A stretch of 58,038 nucleotides of DNA, from sequence record SRR33789315_132; one strand, written 5' to 3'. Below the pieces are notes generated by a model. The model worked only from the letters and a program-made list of their open reading frames with translations. It was not told the DNA's origin and ran no database searches. Shown one piece after another: positions 19,297 through 30,530 of the stretch. The stretch's first letter is position 1, and the number at the start of each line of letters is the position of its first letter. Both the position numbers and the translations under genes were made by a program.

Positions 19297-20486
19297 ATGT
19301 ATTGCAACTTATAGGTCGCGACACTGAGCTTTTTGCCGAGGATATCTGTCAATATGAGTCAATATTAGGTGAATTAGTTCGCAATAATCGTTTTCTTGTT
19401 ATTGGTGGCGCTGGCTCTATTGGACAAGCAGTTACTCGTGAAATATTTAAACGCTCACCCAAGACGTTACATGTTGTAGACATCAGTGAAAACAATATGG
19501 TTGAGTTGGTACGGGATATTCGCAGTACGCTTGGTTATATAGCTGGTGACTTTCGAACCTACGCACTTGATTGTGGGAGTAGGAATTTTAAAGCTCTCAT
19601 CGCCGCACAAAAGCCTTATGATTATGTGCTGAATCTCTCCGCGTTAAAACATGTAAGAAGTGAGAAAGATCCATTTACATTGATGAGGTTGATCGATGTC
19701 AACGTGATCAATACCGTTTCTACCCTCAAGTTAGCCCGACAGAAGAATCCTGATCTACAAAAATATTTTTGTGTTTCCACTGATAAGGCGGCAAACCCTG
19801 TAAATATGATGGGTGCAAGCAAGCGTATTATGGAGATGTTCCTTATGCGAGAAAGCCTTAGTACCAAAGTATCTACGGCACGTTTTGCAAATGTTGCGTT
19901 TTCCGACGGTTCTCTTTTACACGGATTCAATCAACGGTTCGCAAAACGTCAGCCTATATCTGCTCCAAATGATGTCAGACGCTATTTTGTAACCCCGCAG
20001 GAGTCAGGTGAGCTGTGCTTGATGTCCTGTCTGCTTGGCGAAAACCGTGATATTTTCTTCCCTAAACTCAGTGACGCTCTGCATCTAACACGATTCTCCG
20101 ATATTGCAGTTTTATACCTAAAATCGCTAGGGTTTGAACCATTTGAGTGTGATTCCGAAGAAGAAGCTAGAGCCCGTACCCATGAGCTGATACCGCGTAA
20201 GAGGTGGCCAGTATATTTTTTTACGAGCGATACAACCGGCGAGAAAGATTTCGAAGAATTTTTTACCGATACGGAGATGCTGAACATGTTTAAATACTCG
20301 AGTATCGGAGTGATCAAGAACGAGGCGGTTTTTGATTCTGATAAGTTAAACTTTTTTGCGAATAGAATTGAGAGAATTAGTAGCAAAGGAGTATGGGATA
20401 AGCCTGAAATCGTAGCCTTATTTAATCATATGATTCCAAGTTTTAACCATAAAGAAACCGGTAGGTATCTAGATAACAGGATGTGA
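19293..20486 (+). CDS. UDP-N-acetylglucosamine 4,6-dehydratase (Polysacc_synt_2)
   Basis: GGAGSIG, SALKHVRSE, VSTDKAANPVNMMGASKR, RFANV. Confidence 0.9.
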   Translation: MNVLQLIGRDTELFAEDICQYESILGELVRNNRFLVIGGAGSIGQAVTREIFKRSPKTLHVVDISENNMVELVRDIRSTLGYIAGDFRTYALDCGSRNFKALIAAQKPYDYVLNLSALKHVRSEKDPFTLMRLIDVNVINTVSTLKLARQKNPDLQKYFCVSTDKAANPVNMMGASKRIMEMFLMRESLSTKVSTARFANVAFSDGSLLHGFNQRFAKRQPISAPNDVRRYFVTPQESGELCLMSCLLGENRDIFFPKLSDALHLTRFSDIAVLYLKSLGFEPFECDSEEEARARTHELIPRKRWPVYFFTSDTTGEKDFEEFFTDTEMLNMFKYSSIGVIKNEAVFDSDKLNFFANRIERISSKGVWDKPEIVALFNHMIPSFNHKETGRYLDNRM

Positions 20487-20489
20487 ACA

Positions 20490-21158
20490 ATGCAGAGACT
20501 ACTAGATATATTCCTATCGGGTGCTGCTATTCTTGTGTTACTCCCGTTACTGATTCTCGTCATGATAACGCTCCGCTTAACCGGTGAGGGTGAGGTTTTC
20601 TACAAGCAAAGCAGGGTTGGTCGTGGAGGAAAAGAGTTTGGTGTTTTCAAATTCGCCACAATGCTAAAAAACAGTCCAGATATTGGTACAGGCACGGTAA
20701 CTTTGAAAGATGATCCAAGAGTTTTACCGATAGGAAAGTTTTTACGGCGAACTAAGATCAATGAGTTACCACAATTATTTAATATCTTGATTGGCGACAT
20801 GAGCGTGATCGGCCCTCGCCCGCAAACCCGACGATGTTTTGATGCTTTTCCGCACAATTCTCAACTCAAAATTTTACAGGTAAGACCAGGCCTTTCTGGT
20901 ATTGGATCTATAGTATTTCGTGATGAGGAAAACATGTTGCATGAAAGTGCAGATCCGGACGTGTTCTACGATAATGTAATTATGCCTTACAAAGGAAAGT
21001 TGGAAGAGTGGTATGTAGAGAATCGTGGCCTACGCACTTATATACTTTGTATTTTTATAACTGCTTGGATTGTAACCTTCCCGCAGTCTCGCATTTACAG
21101 AACTCTTTTCCCCCATATTCCTTGTTATCCTGCCGAGTTGGCTAAGTATTTACATTAA
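20490..21158 (+). CDS. Bacterial sugar transferase (monotopic phosphoglycosyl transferase family)
   Basis: QRLLDI, KFATM, DDPRVLP.G.FLR.TKINELPQ, GDMSVIGPRP. Confidence 0.9.
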   Translation: MQRLLDIFLSGAAILVLLPLLILVMITLRLTGEGEVFYKQSRVGRGGKEFGVFKFATMLKNSPDIGTGTVTLKDDPRVLPIGKFLRRTKINELPQLFNILIGDMSVIGPRPQTRRCFDAFPHNSQLKILQVRPGLSGIGSIVFRDEENMLHESADPDVFYDNVIMPYKGKLEEWYVENRGLRTYILCIFITAWIVTFPQSRIYRTLFPHIPCYPAELAKYLH

Positions 21159-21319
21159 GTCAAAAAAATTAGCTAAACTTAGAGAAAGAAATATTGAGCG
21201 GAAGTTGTATTTTTTCGCTTCAAGGATCGTAAACTCAAAATACTTCAGATTACGCACAACATGTAGAAAACTTGCATAGTCTTAAATTTGTATTCGCTAA
21301 ATTGAATTTTGGAGTATAG

Positions 21320-22228
21320 ATGCACCTCATAACCCTAACGCACTTACAACGCCTAGAAGCCGAATCAATTCACCTCATGCAAGAGGTCGTCGCGGAAGCC
21401 GAAAGGCCTGTCATGATGTATTCGATAGGAAAGGACAGTGCAGTAATGTTGCATTTGGCGCGCAAGGCTTTTTTTCCCGCACCGCCGCCGTTTCCTTTGC
21501 TGCATGTTGACACTACTTGGAAGTTTCGGGATATGTATGCCATGCGTGAGCGCAGTGCTGAAGAGGCTGGTATGGAGCTGAAGGTTTGGCAAAATCCGGA
21601 TGCGAAAGCACAGGGGATCAATCCCTTCGATCATGGTTCGGCACTTCATACCGATATGTGGAAAACACAAGGGCTAAAACAGGCACTGGATCATTATGGT
21701 TTTGATGTGGCGTTTGGTGGGGCACGCAGGGACGAGGAAAAGAGCCGTGCCAAGGAGCGCATGCTTAGTTTTCGCAGCGCTGGACATCGCTGGGACCCGA
21801 AGGTGCAACGTCCTGAATTGTGGCACCTCTATAATGGCTTAAAAAGTCCGGGTGAATCTATTCGGGCCTTTCCACTGTCCAACTGGACGGAGCTGGATAT
21901 TTGGCAATACATCTTGCTTGAGGATATCCCAATTGTGCCATTGTATTTTGCTAAGGAGCGCCCGGTGGTTGAACGCAGTGGTACGTTGATTATGGTGGAC
22001 GATGAACGCATGCAGTTGCACAAAGGCGAACAACCGATGATGAAAAAGGTTCGCTTCCGTACTCTAGGCTGTTATCCGCTGTCCGGCGCAGTGGAGTCAG
22101 AGGCTGAGACTCTAACCGATATCATACAGGAGATGTTGCTGACCCGTACCTCGGAACGACAGGGTCGCATGATTGATCATGACCAGAGTGCGTCTATGGA
22201 AAAGAAAAAACAGGAGGGGTACTTCTGA
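21320..22228 (+). CDS. cysD: Sulfate adenylyltransferase subunit 2 (NodP-like)
   Basis: [32 protein letters not shown]-terminal KKQEGYF. Confidence 0.97.
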   Translation: MHLITLTHLQRLEAESIHLMQEVVAEAERPVMMYSIGKDSAVMLHLARKAFFPAPPPFPLLHVDTTWKFRDMYAMRERSAEEAGMELKVWQNPDAKAQGINPFDHGSALHTDMWKTQGLKQALDHYGFDVAFGGARRDEEKSRAKERMLSFRSAGHRWDPKVQRPELWHLYNGLKSPGESIRAFPLSNWTELDIWQYILLEDIPIVPLYFAKERPVVERSGTLIMVDDERMQLHKGEQPMMKKVRFRTLGCYPLSGAVESEAETLTDIIQEMLLTRTSERQGRMIDHDQSASMEKKKQEGYF

Positions 22229-24129
22229 TGGCACACGTATCGGATCTTATAGCCGGCGATATCGCAGAATACCTCCAGCAGCATGAAAACAAGACGCTGC
22301 TGCGGTTTATAACCTGCGGCTCGGTGGATGATGGTAAATCAACCCTCATTGGCCGCCTTTTGTACGACTCCAAGATGCTGTTCGATGACCAGTTGGCAGC
22401 TATGGAAGCAGACTCCAAACGTTGGGGCACGCAGGGCGGTGGTATTGATTTTGCCTTACTGGTGGACGGTTTGGCTGCTGAACGTGAGCAGGGCATTACC
22501 ATAGATGTTGCGTATCGCTTTTTCTCAACTGATCAGCGCAAATTTATCGTGGCCGACACGCCTGGACATGAACAATACACACGTAACATGATCACTGGCG
22601 CTTCCACAGCGGATGTCGCAGTCATTCTCATCGATGCGCGCCAAGGTATCCTTACCCAGACACGACGCCACAGTTTTTTGGTGAGTTTAATAGGCATCAA
22701 GCAGATTGTACTCGCGGTCAACAAGATGGATTTGGTGGAATTCGATCAGGGTATATTCGACGCGATAGTGGAAGAATATCGTGCCTTTGCCTCGCAGATT
22801 GGCCTGCAGGATATTACCGCCATTCCGTTGTCAGCGCTTGATGGCGATAACATGATTTCGCGTAGCGAACGCACACCTTGGTACAAGGGACCAACGCTGA
22901 TGGCTTATCTGGAGACATGCGAGGTAGATGCCTCTCATTTGCAAGCATTGCCGATGCGCTTGCCGGTGCAATGGGTAAATCGGCCCAATCTGGATTTCCG
23001 TGGTTTCAGTGGGATGTTAACCAGTGGACAATTACGACCGGGAGACCGAGTGCGTATTCAGCCCTCGGGCAAAGAAAGCACGATAAAACGTCTAGTGACT
23101 ATGAAGGGTGATCTAGACGTGGCAGTGGCAGGGCAGAGCGTGACAGTAACTCTGGCTGATGAGGTGGATGTTTCCCGCGGCAATGTAATCTCTGCGGCTG
23201 ATAGTCCGGCTGAAGTGGCGGATCAGTTTGAATGCCATATTGTATGGATGGCGGATCAACCTATGTTTGTTGGCCGACCGTACCGTTTAAAGATTGGCGC
23301 GCAATTAGTGAATATGAATATCACCGCGCTTAAGCACAAGGTGAATGTCAACACGCTGGAACACGTGGCTGCCGCTGAACTGGCCTTGAATGAAATTGCC
23401 GTGTGCAATATTAGTCTGGACCGGCCTGTGACCTTTGAACCCTATGCGGTGAATCGGGAAATGGGCGGTTTTATCCTTATCGACCGTCAGACTCAACAGA
23501 CTGTCGGGGCAGGTATGCTGCACTATGCCTTGCGTCGCTCGCAGAATATTCACCACCAGCATTTTGATATCGACATGACGGTGCGGGCGTCACAAAAAGG
23601 CCAGACTCCGGTGGTTCTGTGGTTTACCGGTTTGTCCGGGGCGGGCAAGTCGACTATTGCTAACCATGTGGAGCGTCAGTTGTTTGCACTGGGAAGGCAC
23701 TCATACCTGCTGGATGGCGATAATGTGCGTCACGGTTTGAACCGCGACCTAGGCTTTACCGATGCCGACCGGGTCGAGAATATTAGGCGTGTCTCTGAAG
23801 TTGCACGCTTGATGATTGATTCGGGGTTGATTGTACTTACCGCATTTATTTCGCCTTTCCGAGCAGAACGCATTCAGGCAAAACAGACTATTGGGGCTGA
23901 TAACTTTTACGAAATATACATCGATACACCTTTGTCGGTAGCAGAGGAGCGTGATGTGAAAGGCCTTTACAAGAAAGCTCGTAGTGGCCAACTGAAAAAC
24001 TTCACCGGGATTGATTCACCTTATGAGGTGCCAGCCGCACCGTCCCTGACGGTATTTACTGAGAATGAAACTGCGGAGCAAAGTGCTGCGAAAGTGGTAG
24101 CGTTTTTGCAGGAGAAAGGAATCGTTTGA
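22228..24129 (+). CDS. cysN: Bifunctional sulfate adenylyltransferase subunit 1 / APS kinase (CysNC, NodQ-like)
   Basis: GSVDDGKST and DTPGHEQY GTPase domain fused to a C-terminal APS kinase ([22 protein letters not shown]). Confidence 0.97.
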   Translation: MAHVSDLIAGDIAEYLQQHENKTLLRFITCGSVDDGKSTLIGRLLYDSKMLFDDQLAAMEADSKRWGTQGGGIDFALLVDGLAAEREQGITIDVAYRFFSTDQRKFIVADTPGHEQYTRNMITGASTADVAVILIDARQGILTQTRRHSFLVSLIGIKQIVLAVNKMDLVEFDQGIFDAIVEEYRAFASQIGLQDITAIPLSALDGDNMISRSERTPWYKGPTLMAYLETCEVDASHLQALPMRLPVQWVNRPNLDFRGFSGMLTSGQLRPGDRVRIQPSGKESTIKRLVTMKGDLDVAVAGQSVTVTLADEVDVSRGNVISAADSPAEVADQFECHIVWMADQPMFVGRPYRLKIGAQLVNMNITALKHKVNVNTLEHVAAAELALNEIAVCNISLDRPVTFEPYAVNREMGGFILIDRQTQQTVGAGMLHYALRRSQNIHHQHFDIDMTVRASQKGQTPVVLWFTGLSGAGKSTIANHVERQLFALGRHSYLLDGDNVRHGLNRDLGFTDADRVENIRRVSEVARLMIDSGLIVLTAFISPFRAERIQAKQTIGADNFYEIYIDTPLSVAEERDVKGLYKKARSGQLKNFTGIDSPYEVPAAPSLTVFTENETAEQSAAKVVAFLQEKGIV

Positions 24130-24148
24130 TTGAGATTCTCGGTACCCT

Positions 24149-25894
24149 ATGGACGTGTCGCAATTCTTCATCGCCGCAGTACTGATTGCCCTGATTGGTC
24201 TTCTTATCTGGGGCCGCTATCCGGTGGCTTCTGTATTTTCAGCCGTCGCCTTTCTGTTTTTCATCACCGGCCTGATTGACTTTGCCGATCTCTCTCAACA
24301 AGTGATTAATCCTGGCCTCGTGACTGTTGTGTTACTGATGCTGGTGGCATCCGTGCTGGACAAGGTGCGTTTGCTGGAGATTTGGACGCACAAGATAGTC
24401 CAAGGGCCCTACCGTTGGGCCTTGGTTAAATTGATAGGTCTGGTAGGACTGCACTCCGCGTTTCTTAATAACACCGCTGTGGTGGCGTCACTCATAGGCC
24501 CGCTACGGGCAGCTTGCAAACAGCAAGCACCACGGCTGTTATTGCCGTTGTCTTATGCAGCGACGTTGGGTGGCATGATGACCTTGATCGGTACCTCCAC
24601 CAATCTCTTAGTGGGTGGTTTTGTAGTTGGAGCTGGTTTGCCGGCTTTGTCATTATTTGCCCCGTTGTCTCTGGGTATACTACTTTTCTTAGCCTGTGCG
24701 ATTGTCATGGTGTTGCTGTACCCACTGTTATTAAAGGATTCGGAGATACAAGAACCTGCCCGCGAGGACTATTTGATAGAGGCGGTTGTTTCAGCTAACT
24801 CATCTTTAGTAGGACGTTCAGTAGAAACCAATGGCTTGAACAAGCTAGATGCGCTGCAACTTGTGGAAATTGTTCGTCCCGAACAATTGATTGCACCTGT
24901 TAGGCCGCAACAGATGATTCGCGCAGGCGATATAATTGTATTTGCCGGGGATATCAGTCGTCTGGATTTACTGGCGCAGTTTCAAGGTTTAGAAATAGAT
25001 GGACATGTCGAAGGAGTGCCGACCAGTAACCTGTTGGAGGTGATGGTGAGTGGAGAGTCAATGTTGGTCAATAGAAGACAGCGCACTATCGATTTTCGCA
25101 CTCAGTTTGATGCTGCCCTAGTTGCAGTACGACCCGCGCGCGTGCGCTTCGACACGTGGCCAAGTGTTATGCGCAGCCGGCAACCGGAGCGTTTACAAGC
25201 AGGGGACATGCTGGTTTTAGCCGTAGGCCGTGACTTTCAGTCAAGAAACAACCTAGCTCGTAATTTCATACCCGTTTCACGCCCCATTGTCTCTAAGTAC
25301 ACAAAGCCGTGGAAAGGTATTCTGGCACTGACAACATTTCTGGCTACCATACTTGGTGCCGCACTCGGTTGGTTTCCTTTGGTTAATGGTCTTATCTGTT
25401 TGCTAGTTCTGTTTCTGGCGACTGGTTTGGTCCGCGCGAGTGAGTTGCGTCGTAGTGTGCCTTGGCAGCTGATATTCACTATTGGCTCTGCATTGGTGGT
25501 AAGTCACGTACTGACTAACAGCGGTTTAGCTACCATGATTGCAAATGCTGCTCTTGAAACCATTGGTAGTGATCCACGTGTTGCTATAGTGGTTGTTCTG
25601 TTGATGAGCGCGCTGTTGACAGAGATGATGACCAATAATGCTGCAGCTGCTTTAATGTTTCCGATCGCGTTGAGCACCTCCGTTTCTTTGGATGTGGGGC
25701 ATATGCCATTCGTAATGGCTGTCATCTACGGCGCTAGTGCCTCATTTCTGACGCCACACGGTTATCAGACCAATCTGATGGTCATGTCTCCCGGCGGCTA
25801 CCGCCCACTAGACTATTTACGTGCCGGATTCCCCGTCTCGTTGGTTTACCTTAGTCTGGCTGCCTGGTTGATACCCAACTTCTTTAACTTTTAA
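24149..25894 (+). CDS. SLC13/DASS family permease with TrkA-C domains (putative sulfate transporter)
   Basis: SAFLNNTAVV, TLIGTSTNL, TE.MTNNAAA, SFLTP.GYQTN; located between cysNC and cysQ. Confidence 0.9.
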   Translation: MDVSQFFIAAVLIALIGLLIWGRYPVASVFSAVAFLFFITGLIDFADLSQQVINPGLVTVVLLMLVASVLDKVRLLEIWTHKIVQGPYRWALVKLIGLVGLHSAFLNNTAVVASLIGPLRAACKQQAPRLLLPLSYAATLGGMMTLIGTSTNLLVGGFVVGAGLPALSLFAPLSLGILLFLACAIVMVLLYPLLLKDSEIQEPAREDYLIEAVVSANSSLVGRSVETNGLNKLDALQLVEIVRPEQLIAPVRPQQMIRAGDIIVFAGDISRLDLLAQFQGLEIDGHVEGVPTSNLLEVMVSGESMLVNRRQRTIDFRTQFDAALVAVRPARVRFDTWPSVMRSRQPERLQAGDMLVLAVGRDFQSRNNLARNFIPVSRPIVSKYTKPWKGILALTTFLATILGAALGWFPLVNGLICLLVLFLATGLVRASELRRSVPWQLIFTIGSALVVSHVLTNSGLATMIANAALETIGSDPRVAIVVVLLMSALLTEMMTNNAAAALMFPIALSTSVSLDVGHMPFVMAVIYGASASFLTPHGYQTNLMVMSPGGYRPLDYLRAGFPVSLVYLSLAAWLIPNFFNF

Positions 25895-25896
25895 TA

Positions 25897-26679
25897 ATGG
25901 GGACGGAGGATATTTTGAAGGATCAACAGCAGTTGCTAGACGATTTAATTGTAATAGCTCGGCAGGCAGGCGATGTGATTATGAATATCTACGCCACAAA
26001 TTTTACTGTGCGCGGCAAAGATGACAGCTCACCAGTTACTGAAGCTGATGAAAAAGCTGAAGCAGTAATTTTGGCTGCCCTGCGGTTATTGACGCCGGAA
26101 ATACCTATTGTCGCTGAAGAAGCTGCAGCCGCAGGAGAGATAGTTGAACCCGGAGATGTGTTCTGGTTGGTCGACCCTCTTGATGGAACAAAAGAGTTCA
26201 TTAATAAGAACGGTGAATTCACTGTCAATATCGCTTTGATCCGTAATGGTTCGCCCGAGTTGGGTGTTGTTTACGCTCCAGCGATTCGGCGTCTTTTTGC
26301 GGGCGTGGTTGGTCTCGGTGCGTTTGTTGAAGAGGATGCAGTACGGCATATCATCACCGTTAGGCAAGTGCCGGATGCTGGTTTTACGGTTGTAGCCAGC
26401 CGATCACATGGTGATCCTGAAGCGCTCAAGGCATTCTTGGGGGGCAAGCCTGTTGCAGAGTTGCGGAACGCCGGTTCATCGTTAAAAATATGTCTGGTTG
26501 CGGCCGGTGAGGCAGATCTATATCCGCGCTTGGGACGGACCATGGAGTGGGATATTGCTGCTGGGCATGCAGTAGTAAGTGCTGCAGGAGGTAGGCTAAC
26601 CACTTTGGATGGTGCGGACATGTGTTACGGAAAACCGATTTTTGAGAACCCGCATTTTGTAGTATGGGGTACTGACTAG
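25897..26679 (+). CDS. cysQ: 3'(2'),5'-bisphosphate nucleotidase
   Basis: SPVTEAD, WLVDPLDGTKEF, GSSLK, TMEWDIAAG. Confidence 0.96.
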   Translation: MGTEDILKDQQQLLDDLIVIARQAGDVIMNIYATNFTVRGKDDSSPVTEADEKAEAVILAALRLLTPEIPIVAEEAAAAGEIVEPGDVFWLVDPLDGTKEFINKNGEFTVNIALIRNGSPELGVVYAPAIRRLFAGVVGLGAFVEEDAVRHIITVRQVPDAGFTVVASRSHGDPEALKAFLGGKPVAELRNAGSSLKICLVAAGEADLYPRLGRTMEWDIAAGHAVVSAAGGRLTTLDGADMCYGKPIFENPHFVVWGTD

Positions 26680-26706
26680 GTGATTCGTTGACTTTGCTGT
26701 TAGTGA

Positions 26707-26733
26707 ATTGATGGCGTTTCCATCGCCATCAAT
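26707..26733. terminator. Hairpin between convergent cysQ and ugd
   Basis: ATTGATGGCG-7 nt-CGCCATCAAT 10-bp stem overlapping the ugd stop; no clear U-tract. Confidence 0.45.
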
Positions 26734-27895
26734 CCCCTCCAAACAAATCGCGTGAATACACCTTCTCCGCAACATCCTCCAGCAGATCCACCATCCGGTT
26801 GGCAATAATCACATCGCTGATTCGCTTAAACTCTGCCAGATCCCTTATTACCTTTGATCTAAAAAAATCCTCTTCGGTCAGTTCTGGCTCGTATACCACC
26901 ACCTCTATGCCTTTGGCCTTGATGCGTTTCATCACGCCTTGAATACTGGATGTTCTGAAATTGTCTGAGCCGGCCTTCATGATCAGGCGATAAACGCCAA
27001 CCACCTTGGGTTGTTTCTGTACAATGCTGTCGGCGATAAAATCCTTGCGCGAGCGATTAGAGTCAACAATGGCACGGATCAGGTTTTGTGGCACTTCGGC
27101 GTAGTTGGCCAGGAGTTGTTTGGTGTCTTTGGGCAGGCAGTAGCCACCATAGCCAAAGGAAGGGTTGTTATAGTGGTTGCCAACGCGCGGATCTAGACAC
27201 ACCCCGTCGATAATTTGTCGTGTGTCCAAGTTGTGCACCGCGGCGTAGCTGTCGAGCTCGTTAAAGTAGGCTACACGCATGGCCAGATAGGTGTTGGAGA
27301 ACAATTTGATTGCCTCGGCTTCAGTGGAGTTAACATATAGGGTATCAATATCTGGCTTGATTGCGCCTTGTTGCAGAAGGCTGGCAAAGGTTATGGCTCG
27401 CTCGGATTGTTCGCCAACTATGATGCGGCTAGGGTAAAGATTGTCGTAGAGTGCTCTACCTTCGCGTAAAAATTCTGGCGAGAAAATTAAATTAGTAGTG
27501 TTGAATTCTTTGCGGGCCTCTGCGGTAAATCCTACAGGTACAGTTGATTTGATAACCATCACCGCGTTGGAGTTGATTGCAGTTACATCTTGAATTACAG
27601 CCTTGACTGAGCGAGTGTCGAAATAGTTCGTCTTTGGATCGTAGTCTGTAGGCGTGGCTATAACGACAAAATCGGCATTTGCATAAGCCAACTGCTTGTC
27701 TAGAGTGGCAGTTAAATTCAGTGCTTTATTAGCGAGGTAGTCTTGGATTTCCCGATCAATAATTGGGCTTTGCCGATTGTTGATCATATCAACCTTCTCG
27801 GCAATGATATCTAACGCAATAACTTCGTTATTCTGGGCTAACAAAATAGCATTTGACAACCCAACATATCCGGTTCCGGCGATGGTAATATTCAT
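26729..27895 (-). CDS. ugd: UDP-glucose 6-dehydrogenase
   Basis: [32 protein letters not shown]. Confidence 0.96.
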   Translation of the reverse strand: MNITIAGTGYVGLSNAILLAQNNEVIALDIIAEKVDMINNRQSPIIDREIQDYLANKALNLTATLDKQLAYANADFVVIATPTDYDPKTNYFDTRSVKAVIQDVTAINSNAVMVIKSTVPVGFTAEARKEFNTTNLIFSPEFLREGRALYDNLYPSRIIVGEQSERAITFASLLQQGAIKPDIDTLYVNSTEAEAIKLFSNTYLAMRVAYFNELDSYAAVHNLDTRQIIDGVCLDPRVGNHYNNPSFGYGGYCLPKDTKQLLANYAEVPQNLIRAIVDSNRSRKDFIADSIVQKQPKVVGVYRLIMKAGSDNFRTSSIQGVMKRIKAKGIEVVVYEPELTEEDFFRSKVIRDLAEFKRISDVIIANRMVDLLEDVAEKVYSRDLFGGD

Positions 27896-28222
27896 TTAAT
27901 CCTTTCTTCGATTGCTATGGTTAAGAGTATGGATTGTAGCAGGGCTGTAATTTAGGGGCTATTGCCGAGAAGCTCATGTATGGTGCAAATTGCGTCCTTT
28001 CTTTGTCAGTGAACTCTTGCGGCTACCAATAGATCGATGGTTATTAAGCTAGTGGGCAATAATCTTTGTTATTATCGCCATTGTTCATATAAAGACATAA
28101 GCTGGTAAAGTGCCTAAGTTGGGTTTTGACTAAGCAAGTGTGGCTTCGAGTTGCTAAAACTTAAGATACAACCATTTCTTGAGTACGATTTTTGATACAA
28201 GTATTAAAAACAAGGAAAACGG

Positions 28223-29275
28223 ATGAAAATTCTAGTTACCGGCGCTGCCGGATTTATAGGCTCATACCTTGCGTTACGACTATTGGCTCGCGGTGATGAA
28301 GTGGTTGGGCTAGACAGCATTAACGACTATTACGATATCAATGTGAAATATGGACGTTTGGAACGTGCAGGGATTGCGAGCAACTCAATAACCAGCGGTT
28401 TGCTAGCGCAATCGAAGTTACACGCGGGATATCGTTTTATCAAACTTCAAATGGAAGACAAGGCAGCGCTAGATGCCTTGTTCAAAGACGAAAAATTCGA
28501 TGCGGTTTGTAATCTGGCAGCTCAAGCAGGTGTCCGATACTCCCTGGAAAACCCGCAGGCATACATCGACTCCAATATAGTTGGTTTCCTGAACATACTT
28601 GAAGCATGTCGCCATCATGGCGTGTCGAATCTTTCATACGCTTCAAGTTCCTCGGTATATGGCCTGAATGAGTCCCTGCCATTTTCCACTACCCATAACG
28701 TCGATCATCCAATAAGTCTTTATGCAGCCAGCAAGAAATCGAATGAGTTGATGGCGCATACTTACTCTCATTTGTTTGGAATACGCACTACAGGCCTGCG
28801 TTTCTTTACCGTTTATGGACCTTGGGGCCGGCCAGATATGGCGCTGTTCCTGTTTACCAAAGCTGCACTGGAAGGGAAGCCAATTAAAGTGTTTAACAAT
28901 GGCGATATGCTTCGTGATTTCACCTATATCGATGACATAGTGGAGGGGGTGATACGAGTGATCGACAATCCTGCATCCGCTTATACAAGTTGGAACGGCA
29001 AGATGCCAAAACCTGGCAGTTCTTCGGCACCGTATAAAATTTACAACATCGGCAATAACAATCCTGTACGCCTATTGGACTTTATCGAAGCAATAGAAAA
29101 AGCATTAGGGAGGTCAATTGAGAAGGAGTTTTTACCTATGCAGGCTGGAGATGTTCCTGCAACGTTTGCTGATGTTTCTGATTTAGTGGCTGACTTAGGC
29201 TATCAACCGAATACCTCAGTGCAGGAAGGTGTTGATAGATTTGTAGCTTGGTATAGAGAGTTTTATAGTGTTTAG
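28223..29275 (+). CDS. uge: UDP-glucuronate 4-epimerase (extended SDR)
   Basis: [37 protein letters not shown]; divergent from ugd. Confidence 0.9.
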   Translation: MKILVTGAAGFIGSYLALRLLARGDEVVGLDSINDYYDINVKYGRLERAGIASNSITSGLLAQSKLHAGYRFIKLQMEDKAALDALFKDEKFDAVCNLAAQAGVRYSLENPQAYIDSNIVGFLNILEACRHHGVSNLSYASSSSVYGLNESLPFSTTHNVDHPISLYAASKKSNELMAHTYSHLFGIRTTGLRFFTVYGPWGRPDMALFLFTKAALEGKPIKVFNNGDMLRDFTYIDDIVEGVIRVIDNPASAYTSWNGKMPKPGSSSAPYKIYNIGNNNPVRLLDFIEAIEKALGRSIEKEFLPMQAGDVPATFADVSDLVADLGYQPNTSVQEGVDRFVAWYREFYSV

Positions 29276-29393
29276 GTGATATAAATAACTCTTTTAAGAC
29301 TATATTGACACTTAGCTTTGTAGTTTACCCTATCCGCCATCATTACAAATGATGGATGTACTGCTGAGTTTATATCGAGCGGCATTTATGCGA

Positions 29394-30410
29394 CTAGATT
29401 TGATTTGAAGTTCTCGGTACGATTTCTTTCATGGCAATTAATCCCGTTTTCGCTATGCCTGTCATAGGTGTGTCACCTCTAACCATTTGTATTAAAGCGT
29501 TCGGAAAGTCAACACCCGCCAAATGGGACAGAGGATAGCAACCACCAAATCGAGGGTTTAACTCGATTACGTGGGTCTCACCTTTTGAACTATCCACTAT
29601 GACGTCTACATCTAAGTTTCCTCGATGTTTTAAAGAAGTGGATAGTTCGAGTCCTACTTTCTGCAAAGTGTCGCTTGCTATAACTTTCGCTCGATCAGTC
29701 TCTCCTCCCCAAGTACTTAACTTGAGCTTGCTTACAGTAGACAGGTGTTGCCCCTGCAAGTCATTAAAAACATCTAACCCATAGGCTTCGCCATCAATTT
29801 GTTGTTGAATAATGACTGATGCTTGATTGTTAAAACCGATGCAGTGTTGCAATTGCGAATGCTCTATTTGCTTGGCGCAATACGCGTGCAGAGCTTGAAG
29901 TTCTGTCAAGGTATGCACAACGTAAACAAACATTGAGCCCATGCCTTGGCGAGGTTTCAATATTAGAGGGAATACAAGTAAGCCATTCGCAAGCGCATTT
30001 TTTGTTTCCGAGAGTGTTATATATGAGGTAGGGGTATTGAAGCCTCGCGCCTTCAAGAAAAGGTAGGTTAACCATTTGTCCGCGCAAGTTTCTATTACCC
30101 ATGGGTCGCTCACAATTACTTCGGTTCCAATGGCTTTGAATTGCTCGCGGGCTTTGGCAAGGTGTGGGAGATCCATGTCAAAAAGGGAGAGCAAAAGGCT
30201 GATTCGCTCATGTACACATATTTTCAGCAAACTTGAAATATAGGAGCTTTCATGGACTAGTGGGACTACATAGTTTTTGTCTGCACGAAGCATTCCTATT
30301 GAAAGTGCATCACTGTTAGCAGCGAGAACCTTGCCTTTGCCATCTAGCGCGATTCGGAAATAATCTATCATGTAGCCGCGTCTGCCAACACAAGTTATGA
30401 GTACATTCAT
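29394..30410 (-). CDS. ATP-grasp domain protein (carbamoyl-phosphate-synthase-like, polysaccharide-locus type)
   Basis: NVLITCVGRR, DKWLTY, LKPRQGMGS, GETDRA, IELNPRFGGCYP. Confidence 0.9.
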   Translation of the reverse strand: MNVLITCVGRRGYMIDYFRIALDGKGKVLAANSDALSIGMLRADKNYVVPLVHESSYISSLLKICVHERISLLLSLFDMDLPHLAKAREQFKAIGTEVIVSDPWVIETCADKWLTYLFLKARGFNTPTSYITLSETKNALANGLLVFPLILKPRQGMGSMFVYVVHTLTELQALHAYCAKQIEHSQLQHCIGFNNQASVIIQQQIDGEAYGLDVFNDLQGQHLSTVSKLKLSTWGGETDRAKVIASDTLQKVGLELSTSLKHRGNLDVDVIVDSSKGETHVIELNPRFGGCYPLSHLAGVDFPNALIQMVRGDTPMTGIAKTGLIAMKEIVPRTSNQI

Positions 30411-30530
30411 TGTTTTTTAATGCTGAAAGTGTGGGGGTCATATTTTGCCTGACAAGGGCTATAAATGCGTCACTTTTCAAAAAAAAATTGGACACAGATA
30501 CTAGTTGTTAGCTTTCATACTTGTTCTTCT

